The notes under the pieces are model-generated. The model was not told the DNA's origin. It made no database searches and worked only from the letters and a program-made list of their open reading frames with translations. The position numbers and the translations under genes were made by a program. 37,299 nt of DNA from Candidatus Zixiibacteriota bacterium (GTDB lineage: Bacteria > RBG-13-66-14 > B26-G2 > WVWN01): NCBI GenBank assembly GCA_050117845.1, contig JASFLY010000025.1, positions 1 through 37,299 on the forward strand. Direction: 5' to 3'. Below are positions 6,925 through 16,933 of this stretch, one piece after another; position 1 is the stretch's first letter, and each line of letters begins with the position of its first letter.

Positions 6925-7644
6925 ATGAACAAGCGGTTGTTAACTGTTTGTGCGGCCCTCGGCGTCACGCTGCTTTTGGCGGGGGCGGCGTACGGCGAAT
7001 TCGTTAAGGGGAGCATTAGCGCGGCGGTGGCGTTCCCGCAGATGGAGATGCCCCGCGCCGACGCGTGGGCCAAGGAGATAAACGCCCCGGAAGAGAAGGC
7101 CGGCCACGACGGCGAGATGGGAGACATCGGCCAGGGCATGGGCTTCGCCGTCGGCTACGGCGTAACGCTGGGCGACTGCTTCCGGTTCGACGCCAACGTC
7201 GCGAACTTCCGGACCGAGAACGACGCCACCTTCACCGGCGACCAGTACGAGCGGAATCTGAAGTTCACCACCCACATCGTCCCTATTCGGCTGGGCGGGT
7301 CCTTCCTCGCGCCGGGCTTCTGGGACGGCCGCTTCCGGCCGGAAATGGGCCTGGGCTTCGTCGCCTTCATCGTCAAATACGACACGGTGCAGGACTACAC
7401 CATCGCCGGTTCGACGGCCGAAGGCAACACCTGGACGCGTGAGGTTTGCTACGGCCCCGAGGCCAAGATAGGCGCCGAGCTCGAACTCTTCGGCCCGCTG
7501 GCGGTCGAGGGATACATCACGTACTGGACGGCCGAGGCCACGCTGGCGAACTGGCACCAGTTCGGCGAGACCCCCGAGCGGGGACCCACCCGGGAAGACC
7601 TGACCGGCTGGGCCGTCTGGTTCGCGCCCCGCATTTATCTCTAA
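6925..7644 (+). CDS. Secreted outer-membrane beta-barrel-like protein
   Basis: Strong RBS GGAGGAGG, signal peptide, alternating beta-strand pattern, C-terminus WFAPRIYL. Confidence 0.7.
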   Translation: MNKRLLTVCAALGVTLLLAGAAYGEFVKGSISAAVAFPQMEMPRADAWAKEINAPEEKAGHDGEMGDIGQGMGFAVGYGVTLGDCFRFDANVANFRTENDATFTGDQYERNLKFTTHIVPIRLGGSFLAPGFWDGRFRPEMGLGFVAFIVKYDTVQDYTIAGSTAEGNTWTREVCYGPEAKIGAELELFGPLAVEGYITYWTAEATLANWHQFGETPERGPTREDLTGWAVWFAPRIYL

Positions 7645-7673
7645 AAAAAATCGAAACCGTACCGCGGACAACG

Positions 7674-7708
7674 AAAGCCCGGGTCACGACGACCCGGGCC
7701 TTTTCTTT
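7674..7708 (+). terminator. Intrinsic terminator
   Basis: GCCCGGGTC-acgac-GACCCGGGC followed by CTTTTCTTT. Confidence 0.8.
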
Positions 7709-7723
7709 CGGCGGAAGCGCCCC

Positions 7724-7749
7724 AAAGAAAAAGGGCCCGCGTAGGGCCC
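7724..7749 (-). terminator. Intrinsic terminator of the 6S RNA
   Basis: Minus strand GGGCCC-tacgc-GGGCCC followed by TTTTTCTTT. Confidence 0.7.
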
Positions 7750-7757
7750 GATAGTAA

Positions 7758-7932
7758 ATGCCCCGCCTGTGCCGTGTGAGGGTGAGATTGGAACGGTTGT
7801 TTAAAGTGGGCGTCGGCTTTTTGAGGTTTGGACTTCCGTTCGGGACGGCTTGCCCTGCGCTCAAGGACTGACTCCCAAAACAACGGGTGTAAGCTCTAAT
7901 CTTCTAAGCCCCATCACCTGCAAGGCAGGGAT
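7758..7932 (-). ncRNA. ssrS: 6S RNA
   Basis: ~175-nt non-coding segment. The 5' CCCTGCCTTGC pairs with the 3' GCACAGGCGGGG, and internal GGGAG and CCCAC tracts are typical of 6S. It has its own promoter and terminator. Confidence 0.75.
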
Positions 7933-7936
7933 GTAT

Positions 7937-7965
7937 ATTTTAGGACAGCGACGGGGGGAAATCAA
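7937..7965 (-). promoter_or_regulatory. Sigma70 promoter of the 6S RNA
   Basis: TTGATT (7965-7960), 17-bp spacer, TAAAAT (7942-7937). Confidence 0.7.
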
Positions 7966-9785
7966 GCGTTTTCGGTGGGGGTCGTATCGGCCTCGGAGGT
8001 CGGGTCGGCCTCGGGGGGCTCCGGGGTCGGAGCGGCCTCGGGTGCGGGAGGGGCCGCGGGGGGCTCGGGTGCCCGGGGGGCCTCGCGGACCTTATCGGTA
8101 AGGCGGCCTATGTGGGTCCGAACCTTCCGCGCCTCGTCCTCGTCGCCGATGCGTTTCAGCGCTTCCTCCCACACCGATATCGCCTCGGCGAATTTGCCGC
8201 CGCTCTCCAGAGCGCCGGCGAGGGCCCGGTAGTATTTGACAACTTGAGGTTTGAAGGCCAGCGCCGCCCAGAACTCCTCTTCCGCCGCGGCCAGCTCGCC
8301 CCGCTGCAGTTGGGCCATGCCGAGGTAATACCGGGCCGTGGGGTTCGACTCGTCGACGTCCTTGCTCAGGGCCAGGATCTCGGCGGCCCGCTCGGCGTCG
8401 TGGCGCTTGAGGTAGTAGTAGCCCAGTTCGTTGAGCGCCGACGTGTTGTGGGGGTTGTACGTCAGCGCGAGGCGGTACTGGCGGCGGGCCCCCTCGAGGT
8501 CGTTCTTCTCGTCGAGGTGGCGGCCCAGGGCCAGCCGGGCGGTTATGTAGGACGGGTCGGCGGAGATGGCCTTGCCCAAAAAGTCCGCGTAGCCGACGTC
8601 CTCCTCGGGCATGCTGTACTTCGAGATGAGGGCCAGGTTGTACCAGGAGCGCGCCGAGTTCGGGTTAAGCCGCACGGCCTCCAGGAAGCGGGTTTGCGCC
8701 CGGCGAAACAGGTCCTCGTCGCGGCCGCCGGAGAGGAATACGAAGACCTCCCCCATGACGCTCTGCGTCTCGTACAGCTCCGGCCGCTGGCGCACGGCCC
8801 GCAAGGCCATTCGGTACGCCTCTTCCAGAAGCGAGAGGAACTTCTCCTCGTCGCGGACCTGGCGGCGGGCCAGTTGGAGGATTATCTCAACCGCGCCGAC
8901 GGCGGCGAGCGTGAAGTCCTCGTCCTGCTCGAGGGCCTTCTGGAATTCGTCCCGGGCGAGTTCGAGGTCCTCGGGCGCGCCGGATATCTGGTAGCGCCGA
9001 CCCTCGCAATAGTTTGCCCACGCGGCCGACGACGTCGTCGGCTCCAGGTAGTAGGCCAGCGCCCCTTCGTTCTTGACCTGGAGGTTGCACAGGCCGACGA
9101 TGTCCTCGAGTATGGCGCGAGCCGCCTGGAACGGATTGTCCGAGGGAACGAGAAGGCGGGGGCGCCGCCATTCGCGCCGCTCGAACATCGCCTGTATTTT
9201 ATTGCGCACCTGGACGTTACGGCCGACGTTGCGGACCTTGCCCAGAACAAGGTAGTCGGCCTCGAGCGCCTCGCCCCACTCCAGGACGTCGGCCTCGGTC
9301 GTAGCGCCGCGCCGCACGTATCCCGCGGCGGCCCGGAACGGGTCCATTATGCCCACGTCGTAGCCGGAGAGACAGCGCGACAGGATGTCGGCCACGCCGT
9401 ACGCCGTGGGCCAGTCCTCCTCCGGGCTGGTCCCCGACCCGAACGGGAAGACGGCGAGGCGGGCGTCCTTGCGGAGGGCAATGGTGCTCGTACCGCGTCG
9501 CGTTAAATACAGGAACTCCACCGCCGCCACGCCGAGGAAGAGCACGATCATCACGGCGGACGCGACAAGGCTTTGCACCAGCGCCGAGAATACGATTATG
9601 AACACTACGGCCGCGGCGTTGGCCACCCATATTATATCGGTGGTCCGGAAAACGTCGCGGTTGAATTTAAAGAAGAAGTAAACGAGGCCGGCCACGACGA
9701 CCGCGAGGGACACGGCGAACGCCGTCTCGGCGGGGTGCTCGAGGGGATAACTGATAGCCCGTAATAAATAGTCCCATATCACCAT
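7962..9785 (-). CDS. Membrane-anchored TPR protein (3 TM helices, TolB-N-like domain, TPRs, Pro/Ala/Glu-rich tail)
   Basis: Three N-terminal hydrophobic helices, RLAVFPF...LEADYLVLGKV domain, TPR motifs (ALTYNPHNTSALNELG), APEPP tail. Confidence 0.8.
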   Translation of the reverse strand: MVIWDYLLRAISYPLEHPAETAFAVSLAVVVAGLVYFFFKFNRDVFRTTDIIWVANAAAVVFIIVFSALVQSLVASAVMIVLFLGVAAVEFLYLTRRGTSTIALRKDARLAVFPFGSGTSPEEDWPTAYGVADILSRCLSGYDVGIMDPFRAAAGYVRRGATTEADVLEWGEALEADYLVLGKVRNVGRNVQVRNKIQAMFERREWRRPRLLVPSDNPFQAARAILEDIVGLCNLQVKNEGALAYYLEPTTSSAAWANYCEGRRYQISGAPEDLELARDEFQKALEQDEDFTLAAVGAVEIILQLARRQVRDEEKFLSLLEEAYRMALRAVRQRPELYETQSVMGEVFVFLSGGRDEDLFRRAQTRFLEAVRLNPNSARSWYNLALISKYSMPEEDVGYADFLGKAISADPSYITARLALGRHLDEKNDLEGARRQYRLALTYNPHNTSALNELGYYYLKRHDAERAAEILALSKDVDESNPTARYYLGMAQLQRGELAAAEEEFWAALAFKPQVVKYYRALAGALESGGKFAEAISVWEEALKRIGDEDEARKVRTHIGRLTDKVREAPRAPEPPAAPPAPEAAPTPEPPEADPTSEADTTPTENA

Positions 9786-9818
9786 AAATTCGACTCGCTC
9801 CTACACCCCTCCTACTCG

Positions 9819-9848
9819 ATTATAACCAATAAAAGAGCAAATACGCAA
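9819..9848 (-). promoter_or_regulatory. Sigma70-type promoter for the TPR gene
   Basis: TTGCGT (9848-9843), 18-bp spacer, TATAAT (9824-9819). Confidence 0.55.
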
Positions 9849-9867
9849 GGTAATTCTCCGGAAATAT

Positions 9868-10850
<983 letters not shown>

Positions 10851-10854
<4 letters not shown>

Positions 10855-11282
10855 TTTTTACCCGGGCCGGCCTCGGGCCGGCGGGGCCCCTTCACGACCG
10901 CGACCCCCCGGCCGACGGCGACGACTTCGCCCCGGCGGTCGCGGAGTTCGGCGGCGGCCTCGATTATCCGGCCGCGGTCCTTGTGAATCCATCCCCGGAC
11001 TACGAAGTCCTCGCCCGTCGGCGCGGGCCGCTTCAGGTCCACCTCCAGCCGGGCCGTGACGGCCGGGATGCCGAGTTCCCAACACAGCTTCAACATGGCC
11101 TCGTCCAGCACCGTCGCGACGATGCCGCCGTGGGTCATGCCGGCGTAGCCCTGGTACTCCTCGGCCGGCGTGAACGCGGCCTCGGCGCTGCGCCCCTCCG
11201 CGTCGATGGTGAACCGGAGGCGCAGGCCCTTGGGGTTATCCGCGCCGCAGCCGAAGCAGTAATCGTCGCCCTTTATATCCAT
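10851..11282 (-). CDS. PaaI family hotdog thioesterase
   Basis: CFGCGADNPKGL, QGYAGMTHGGIVATVLDEAM. Overlaps tsaD by 4 bp. Confidence 0.9.
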
Positions 11283-11295
11283 ATAAACTCGTCCG

Positions 11296-12381
11296 TTACC
11301 GGCCGGCGATGGCGGCCAGGGCGTCCGTCGCGGCCTTGCGCACGGCGTCGTCGGGGTCGTTCTCCGCCACGGCGGTCAGCGGGCCGACGGCGTCGAGGTG
11401 CTTTATCTTGCCCAGCGCCAGCACGGCCACCTCCCGGACGCGGGGGCTGGGGTCCTGCAGCGCCCGGACCAGATTCTCCACGGCGTACTTGCCGTCGATG
11501 GCGCCCAGCGTCTTGGCGGCGGTCCAGCGCACCGACTCGTCCTCGTCCTCCAAAAGGCAGGCGACGGGCTTCACGGCCCGGGCGTCGCGGACGTAGCCCA
11601 AAATCTCGCAGGCGGCCTTCTGCGCCGCCGGGTTGCCCGAGTTCAGCGCGTCCTCCAGCGTCCCGTAAACGGCGGGCCCCATCTCCCGCAGGGCCACGAT
11701 GGCGTAGTGGCGGGAGACGCGGTCGTTCTCGCCGAGTAAGCGGACCAGCGCGCCGGCGGCCTCGACGTCGGCCAGGCGGCCCAGCGCCACCACCGCGCTC
11801 TTCTTCACCACCGGGTCCGAGGACCCCAGCTTCCGCACGAGCGGCTTGACCGCGGGTTCGCCGATGGCCACGAGGGCCTCGATGGCCTGCTCCCGGACGT
11901 AAAGGTCGGGCGAGGACAGGAGGTCGATGAGCGGCCCCACGGCCGACTCGTCCTTCATACGACCCAGCGCTATGGCCGCCCCCACCACGGCGTCGCGGTC
12001 GTCGGAGGCGAGTTCGTCCAGCAGGGCCTTCCGGGCGGGCGGCCCCAGCTTGGCCAGCGCCGTAGCCGCGAACCACTGCACCGCCCGGTCGCTGTCGCCG
12101 AGGGCCCGCACGAGGGCCGGCACCGCCCGGCTGGAGCCGAGTTCCCCCAGCGCCATCGCCGAGCATTGCCGGAGTTCGGGGTTCTCGTCGCCCAGCGCCA
12201 GGATGAGCGGCTCCAGCGCCGCCTCGTCGCCGGAGATGCCGAGGTACTCCGCGGCCTCGCACTGTTCGGCCAGCGTGCCGCCCTCCAGAACCGCCGCCGC
12301 TTCCTCGACGGTCATCTCGGCCGCCGCGGCCGCCGCCAACGCCAGCGCCAGCGCCGCCGCGCAGATGATTTTACGCCCCAC
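11296..12381 (-). CDS. Secreted HEAT (PBS-lyase-type) repeat protein
   Basis: Signal peptide followed by ~31-aa repeats such as AVPALVRALGDSDRAVQWFAATALAKLG. Confidence 0.88.
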   Translation of the reverse strand: MGRKIICAAALALALAAAAAAEMTVEEAAAVLEGGTLAEQCEAAEYLGISGDEAALEPLILALGDENPELRQCSAMALGELGSSRAVPALVRALGDSDRAVQWFAATALAKLGPPARKALLDELASDDRDAVVGAAIALGRMKDESAVGPLIDLLSSPDLYVREQAIEALVAIGEPAVKPLVRKLGSSDPVVKKSAVVALGRLADVEAAGALVRLLGENDRVSRHYAIVALREMGPAVYGTLEDALNSGNPAAQKAACEILGYVRDARAVKPVACLLEDEDESVRWTAAKTLGAIDGKYAVENLVRALQDPSPRVREVAVLALGKIKHLDAVGPLTAVAENDPDDAVRKAATDALAAIAGR

Positions 12382-12492
12382 TTAGCATCCGCCCTTCCAG
12401 ATTAGGTACGCGGTGATGATTACGAACAGCGCGCCGTAGAGAATCGCGCGCCAGTACGCCGGCCTCATCTTCTTTTTCTTGTCGTTGGCCAC
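12382..12492 (-). CDS. 36-aa single-pass membrane microprotein (absent from the ORF track)
   Basis: MANDKKKKMRPAYWRAILYGALFVIITAYLIWKGGC*. It fills the suhB-HEAT gap, and its TAA abuts the next GTG. Confidence 0.65.
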   Translation of the reverse strand: MANDKKKKMRPAYWRAILYGALFVIITAYLIWKGGC

Positions 12493-12497
12493 GCCAC

Positions 12498-13286
12498 TCA
12501 CCCCTCGATTCGGAGTAGTTGCCGCAAACTATCGTGTATGATGCCGCCCGTCGCCACCAGGTCCACGTCGCCCGGACGGTAGGGAGTCCCGTCGAAACGG
12601 CTGAACCGGCCGCCCGCCTCCGCGACGAGAAGGATCCCGGCCGCGCTGTCCCACGGCGAGAGTTTGAGTTCCCAGAATCCGTCGAGCCGCCCGGCCGCCA
12701 CGTACGCCAGGTCGAGCGCCGCGGCGCCGCCCCGCCGTACGCCCCGGGCCCGTTTTATAACCCGGGAGAAGTTGGCCACGTTGTCCACCGGCGACTCGTG
12801 CTTGTCGTACGGGAAGCCGGTCGCCAGGAGCGATTCCGAGACATCGGCCGCCGTCGACACGGCCAGCGGGCCGGCCTCGCACCGGGCCCCGGCGCCCCGG
12901 GCCGCCTGGAACGTCTCCTCGCGCAGGGCGTCGCGGACCACGGCCGCCACCACCTCGCCCCGGTACTGGAGCGCGATGGAGACCGCGACCAGCGGAAAGC
13001 CGTGGGCGAAGTTGTTGGTGCCGTCCAGCGGGTCCACCAGCCAGCGCCACTCGCCGCCGGCCTCCCGGGCGGAACCCTCCTCGGCCACGACGTCGTGCCC
13101 CGGGTACTCCCGGGCCAGCGCCTCGACTATCAGGTCCTCGGACCGCCGGTCCACGTCGGTGACGAGGTTGCTGGCGGCGCCCTTGCGCTCAACGCCGAAG
13201 GTTCCGAGGAAGTTATCCTTTATTATGGACCCGGCCTCGGCGGCCACGCGCCGGGCGTACGAGACGTAGCTTTCGTATTCGGACAC
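12498..13286 (-). CDS. suhB: Inositol monophosphatase family protein (SuhB)
   Basis: LVTDVD, VAEE, WLVDPLDGTNNFAHG, WDSAAGILLVAEAGG. Probable GTG at 13286 overlapping the upstream TAG. Confidence 0.92.
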   Translation of the reverse strand: MSEYESYVSYARRVAAEAGSIIKDNFLGTFGVERKGAASNLVTDVDRRSEDLIVEALAREYPGHDVVAEEGSAREAGGEWRWLVDPLDGTNNFAHGFPLVAVSIALQYRGEVVAAVVRDALREETFQAARGAGARCEAGPLAVSTAADVSESLLATGFPYDKHESPVDNVANFSRVIKRARGVRRGGAAALDLAYVAAGRLDGFWELKLSPWDSAAGILLVAEAGGRFSRFDGTPYRPGDVDLVATGGIIHDSLRQLLRIEG

Positions 13287-15127
13287 TATTGAATGTACCC
13301 GATGGCGCGCATCTGGTCGTGGATGGCGCCGCTGACCTCGGGGCGCTCGAACTTCTCGGCGAAGGCGATGTTGCCCGTGAGCCACACGTCGAGGGAGCGC
13401 TCGAGTTCGAGGCGGGCGTCGTCCTCCACGATGAGCGGCTCGAACTCACCGGGGTCCGCGGCCAGGTCGAAGTATTTCGCGGCCGACATGCTCTCCTTGT
13501 GGCCCAGTATCAATTTCCGGCCCCGGTAGACGACGGTGTACTGGCGCTCGCCGGCCAGCATACTCGAGCCGGCGAACACGGGGAAGTCCCACTCCGCGGC
13601 CGAGGCCGCGGCCGATACGTCGCGGCCCTGCATCGACGGCGGCACGTCCAGGCCGAGGTGGCCGAGTATCGTGGGCGCCAGGTCGATGACGGCCACCGGC
13701 GCGTCCGACACGCCGCCCCGGCCTTCCGGGAACCGGACGACCAGCGGGACGCGGATGACTTCCTCGTAAAGGGTCTTGCCGTGGTCGAAGCCGTCGTGCT
13801 CCCAGAACTCCTCGCCGTGGTCGCTCGAGATGATGACGAGGGCGTCCGGCGGTATCAGCGGCAAAACGCGGCCCAACTCGTCGTCCACGTAGCGCACCTC
13901 GCCGTCGTAGAGGCGGCGGTTGAGGTCGGCCTTCTTTCGGTTGCCGTGGCCGAACTTGTCGATGAAAGGCCGGTCCTCGGCGGCGACGTACTCCGGCGGC
14001 GGGCTGTAGGGCGTGTGGGGGTCGAGGTAATGGGTCCAGAGGAAGAGCGGCCGGCCTCGGTCCTTCTCGAAGATGTCGACCAGGTGGTCCGTGATGACGG
14101 TCGTGTGGTCGTCCTTCTCGCCGACGCGGGTGTTGCGCTTCTCGTAGATGCGGTTCTCGAGGTAGTAGAAATAGGTCTCGTAGTACCCCAGGGCCCGGAT
14201 TAGCCGGTTCTGGTCCCAGTAGAGGTAATCGTCGAAGCCGCGGGCCATCCCCAGGCTGCGGTGGCAGAGGCGGTTGGCGACGACGGCCCGGGTGTCGTAC
14301 CCGGCCTCGCCCATAAGTTCGGCCAGCGTGGGCTGGGAGGTCCCCAGCGGCCGGTGGGCCGTGGCGTAGTGGACCATGGGATACTGGCCGGTGTGGAGCG
14401 TCGAGAGCGACGGCGACGTCCAGCTCGCCTGCGAGCGGCAATGGGTGAAGACGACGGCGTTCTCGGCGAAACGGTCGATGTTGGGCGTGAGCGTCGTGCC
14501 GTCGGGCCGGGGGCCGAACTCGTCGGCGCGGCAGGCGTCGAGCGTAATTATTATAACGTCCGGGAGGCCCGGCCGCGCTTCGGGCCGGGAGGCCGTGGCT
14601 ATTATGCCGCCCGCCAGGTATATAAACAACGGAGCGTAGCCGAGGCCGCCCAGGACGCGGCGAACGTGCCGCCCCACGGCCGGGAACTTCGCGCCGAGGG
14701 CGTATATGACGAAGGTTAAAAGCGTCAGCACGCCGAACCAGCCGGCGATGATGCCCGCCCCGGCGGTCTCGGGCAGTTCCACCTTGACGTTGGCAAGGAC
14801 GTACCACAGCGGCGTCGCGGCCAGCGGCGCCGCGAAGGCCCCGGCGTAGGCCGCCCGCCCCGGCGATTTCAGGCCGCCCTTCTTACGGATAAGCCGGACC
14901 AGCGCCGAGTACCCCCAGGCCACGAGGGTCATAAGGCCCCCGGAGGCCGCGCCCAGCACCGCGTAAAACTTCGCGCGGTGGAAAAAGGACCAGAACCAGT
15001 ACCCGCCGATGAGCGGTTCCGTAAGGTGGAAATAGCGGTCGAGCAGCAGTTCCCAGGCCGCGCCGAAGACGCCCGCGGCGAGGAAAACGCCGACCAGTAT
15101 CAGTATCCTGGGTATTTTTTTCTTCAT
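13286..15127 (-). CDS. Membrane-anchored sulfatase-like / alkaline-phosphatase-superfamily hydrolase or transferase
   Basis: About five N-terminal TM helices, IIITLDACRAD, SWTSPSLSTLHTG, DPHTPY, SDHGEEFWEH, MRAIGYIQ. Start at ATG 15127. Confidence 0.85.
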   Translation of the reverse strand: MKKKIPRILILVGVFLAAGVFGAAWELLLDRYFHLTEPLIGGYWFWSFFHRAKFYAVLGAASGGLMTLVAWGYSALVRLIRKKGGLKSPGRAAYAGAFAAPLAATPLWYVLANVKVELPETAGAGIIAGWFGVLTLLTFVIYALGAKFPAVGRHVRRVLGGLGYAPLFIYLAGGIIATASRPEARPGLPDVIIITLDACRADEFGPRPDGTTLTPNIDRFAENAVVFTHCRSQASWTSPSLSTLHTGQYPMVHYATAHRPLGTSQPTLAELMGEAGYDTRAVVANRLCHRSLGMARGFDDYLYWDQNRLIRALGYYETYFYYLENRIYEKRNTRVGEKDDHTTVITDHLVDIFEKDRGRPLFLWTHYLDPHTPYSPPPEYVAAEDRPFIDKFGHGNRKKADLNRRLYDGEVRYVDDELGRVLPLIPPDALVIISSDHGEEFWEHDGFDHGKTLYEEVIRVPLVVRFPEGRGGVSDAPVAVIDLAPTILGHLGLDVPPSMQGRDVSAAASAAEWDFPVFAGSSMLAGERQYTVVYRGRKLILGHKESMSAAKYFDLAADPGEFEPLIVEDDARLELERSLDVWLTGNIAFAEKFERPEVSGAIHDQMRAIGYIQ

Positions 15128-15156
15128 AATAATTATACGTCGGTGGCCGGGCGGCT

Positions 15157-15696
15157 TTATTTCACGAGAATTGCGCCGCACAGCTTATACGGCGAGGAGG
15201 TATCGCGGACGACGTCCAGCCGGACGCCCGCCCGGGCGAAAGTCGCGAAGACGTCGATGCCGCACGATTCCATCGAAGGCCGCGGCTCCCCGGGTTTGGG
15301 ACAGGGTTTGCCCACGTCGCACGTTTTACAGAGGTTACAAGGGCCGGCCACGAAGGCCGTGGCCCCCCGGTATCCGTCCAGGAATATCTCGCGCTCCAGC
15401 TCGAGCAGGTCCAGGTGGACCTTTTTGCGCCGGGCGCGCTCCCGGCCCGGCCTGTCGGATTCGTACGTAATCAGGATGGCCCGGTCGTAGCACGCTATCA
15501 CGCGGGCCGTCTCCTCCGGCGTGGGCGTCCGCGGCGGGCACAGGTGGCGGCGGTCGTAGCAGGGACATCCGAAACGGCACTTTTGCAGGACCCAGGGGGC
15601 CGTCTCGATATACGAGGCCGGCACGGCCCGGGCCCAGGATGCGCCCCGATCGAGGGCCCGGCGGCAATATTCGTCTAAAGGCCGCTTCCCACTCAT
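15157..15696 (-). CDS. DUF2284 family Cys-rich metal-binding protein
   Basis: KCRFGCPCY...CPP, AGPCNLCKTC, RPSMESCGIDV. Confidence 0.85.
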   Translation of the reverse strand: MSGKRPLDEYCRRALDRGASWARAVPASYIETAPWVLQKCRFGCPCYDRRHLCPPRTPTPEETARVIACYDRAILITYESDRPGRERARRKKVHLDLLELEREIFLDGYRGATAFVAGPCNLCKTCDVGKPCPKPGEPRPSMESCGIDVFATFARAGVRLDVVRDTSSPYKLCGAILVK

Positions 15697-15912
15697 AGAT
15701 TTCAAACATGATAACACGTTTCAGGTTACGCGGTCAATCAAGCAAAGGCGGCGTAAACCCCGGTAGCCGACGAGCGTTAGCGCCGAGCGGGAAATAACCG
15801 GAGGCGGGGCCCTCCCCGCGGCCGGAAACGACCCGGGCGAGGAAAACACCCGCCTTCGCTACGGTTTCGGGATTACTCCGGGGGATACTACCCCGCCGCC
15901 GGCCCGGCGGCT

Positions 15913-16437
15913 CTAATCCACCAAAATCGCGCCGCAGAGTTTAAACGGCGACTCGTAGTCGGGGACGACCTCGAGAGTTACGCCGGCCTGGCCGAAGGTG
16001 CTGTAAACGTCGATGCCGCACGCCTCCAGGGCGGGCCTCGCCTCTTTCCCGCGGGGACAGGGCTTGGACACGTCGCATTCCTTGCACAAACTGCACGGGC
16101 CGGCCCCGAAAGCCGCCGCCCTTTCGTATCCGTCCAGGAACACCTCGCGCTCGAGCGCCACGAGGTCGCCGTTAATATTGCCGCACTTCGGGTTGTCCGA
16201 CTCGTACATTACCAATATCGCCCGTTCGTACGAAGCGATTATACGGGCGGTTTCTTCCGGCGCCGGCGTCCGCGGCGGGCACTTATGGTTATGGCCGTAG
16301 GCCCCGCATCCATATTTGCATTTGTGGAGTACCCACGGCGCGGTGACGATGTAGGACGCCGGCACGGCCCGCGCCCACGAGGCGCCCCGTTCCAGGGCCC
16401 GTTCGCAAAATACTCCCAAATCCTTGTTTTCCGACAT
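15913..16437 (-). CDS. DUF2284 family Cys-rich metal-binding protein (tandem paralog)
   Basis: KCKYGCGAYG...CPP, AGPCSLCKEC, RPALEACGIDV. Colinear with 15157-15696. Confidence 0.87.
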   Translation of the reverse strand: MSENKDLGVFCERALERGASWARAVPASYIVTAPWVLHKCKYGCGAYGHNHKCPPRTPAPEETARIIASYERAILVMYESDNPKCGNINGDLVALEREVFLDGYERAAAFGAGPCSLCKECDVSKPCPRGKEARPALEACGIDVYSTFGQAGVTLEVVPDYESPFKLCGAILVD

Positions 16438-16600
16438 TTGTTCCCTTCCTTTCCGGGGTCGGCGTTTCGACGGGTTATCTAAAACCGAAACGGTAACATT
16501 AGTTGCGCTTTAGGTCAATCGGCCTTTGCGGATAAGACTTTATCGGCCTTCTTCGACGGCGCCGGGGACGCCGAATCGGCCGGCCCGAAATAGATTTCCC

Positions 16601-16629
16601 TTGACAGGCCGAGGGGTGTTGGGTATAAT
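16601..16629 (+). promoter_or_regulatory. Perfect-consensus sigma70 promoter of the rpmF-fab operon
   Basis: TTGACA (16601-16606), 17-bp spacer, TATAAT (16624-16629). Confidence 0.9.
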
Positions 16630-16666
16630 CCCAAATTACGTTAATCTTAGGAAAGGTTGCATAGAA

Positions 16667-16849
16667 ATGGGTGTTCCTAAAAGAAAAACGTCTCGTTCGC
16701 GCAAGGGAAACCGGCGGAGCCACGACCACGTGAAGGTCCCCCAGCCGGTACTTTGTTCCAATTGCGGCGAGGCCCGACTGCCCCACCGTCTTTGCCCGGT
16801 ATGCGGCCATTACGACGGCGAGGAAATAGTCAAACCCAAGGAAGACTAA
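16667..16849 (+). CDS. rpmF: 50S ribosomal protein L32 (zinc-ribbon form)
   Basis: MGVPKRKTSRSRKGNRRSH...CSNCG...PHRLCPVCGHY. Confidence 0.96.
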   Translation: MGVPKRKTSRSRKGNRRSHDHVKVPQPVLCSNCGEARLPHRLCPVCGHYDGEEIVKPKED

Positions 16850-16882
16850 CGTCGCCTCCCGGCGTGAAATCGTTGAACTCCC

Positions 16883-16909
16883 AAGTCCCGCTTACGCGGG
16901 CTTTATTTC
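16883..16909 (+). terminator. Weak hairpin/attenuator after rpmF
   Basis: CCCGC-ttac-GCGGG followed by CTTTATTTC. Confidence 0.4.
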
Positions 16910-16933
16910 ATAAGAAGGCGTAGCTGTTCTTTA

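Noticed and set aside
15720..15910. Structured ncRNA between the DUF2284 genes
   Set aside because: Only short GC-rich hairpins expected at this composition, and no recognisable motif.
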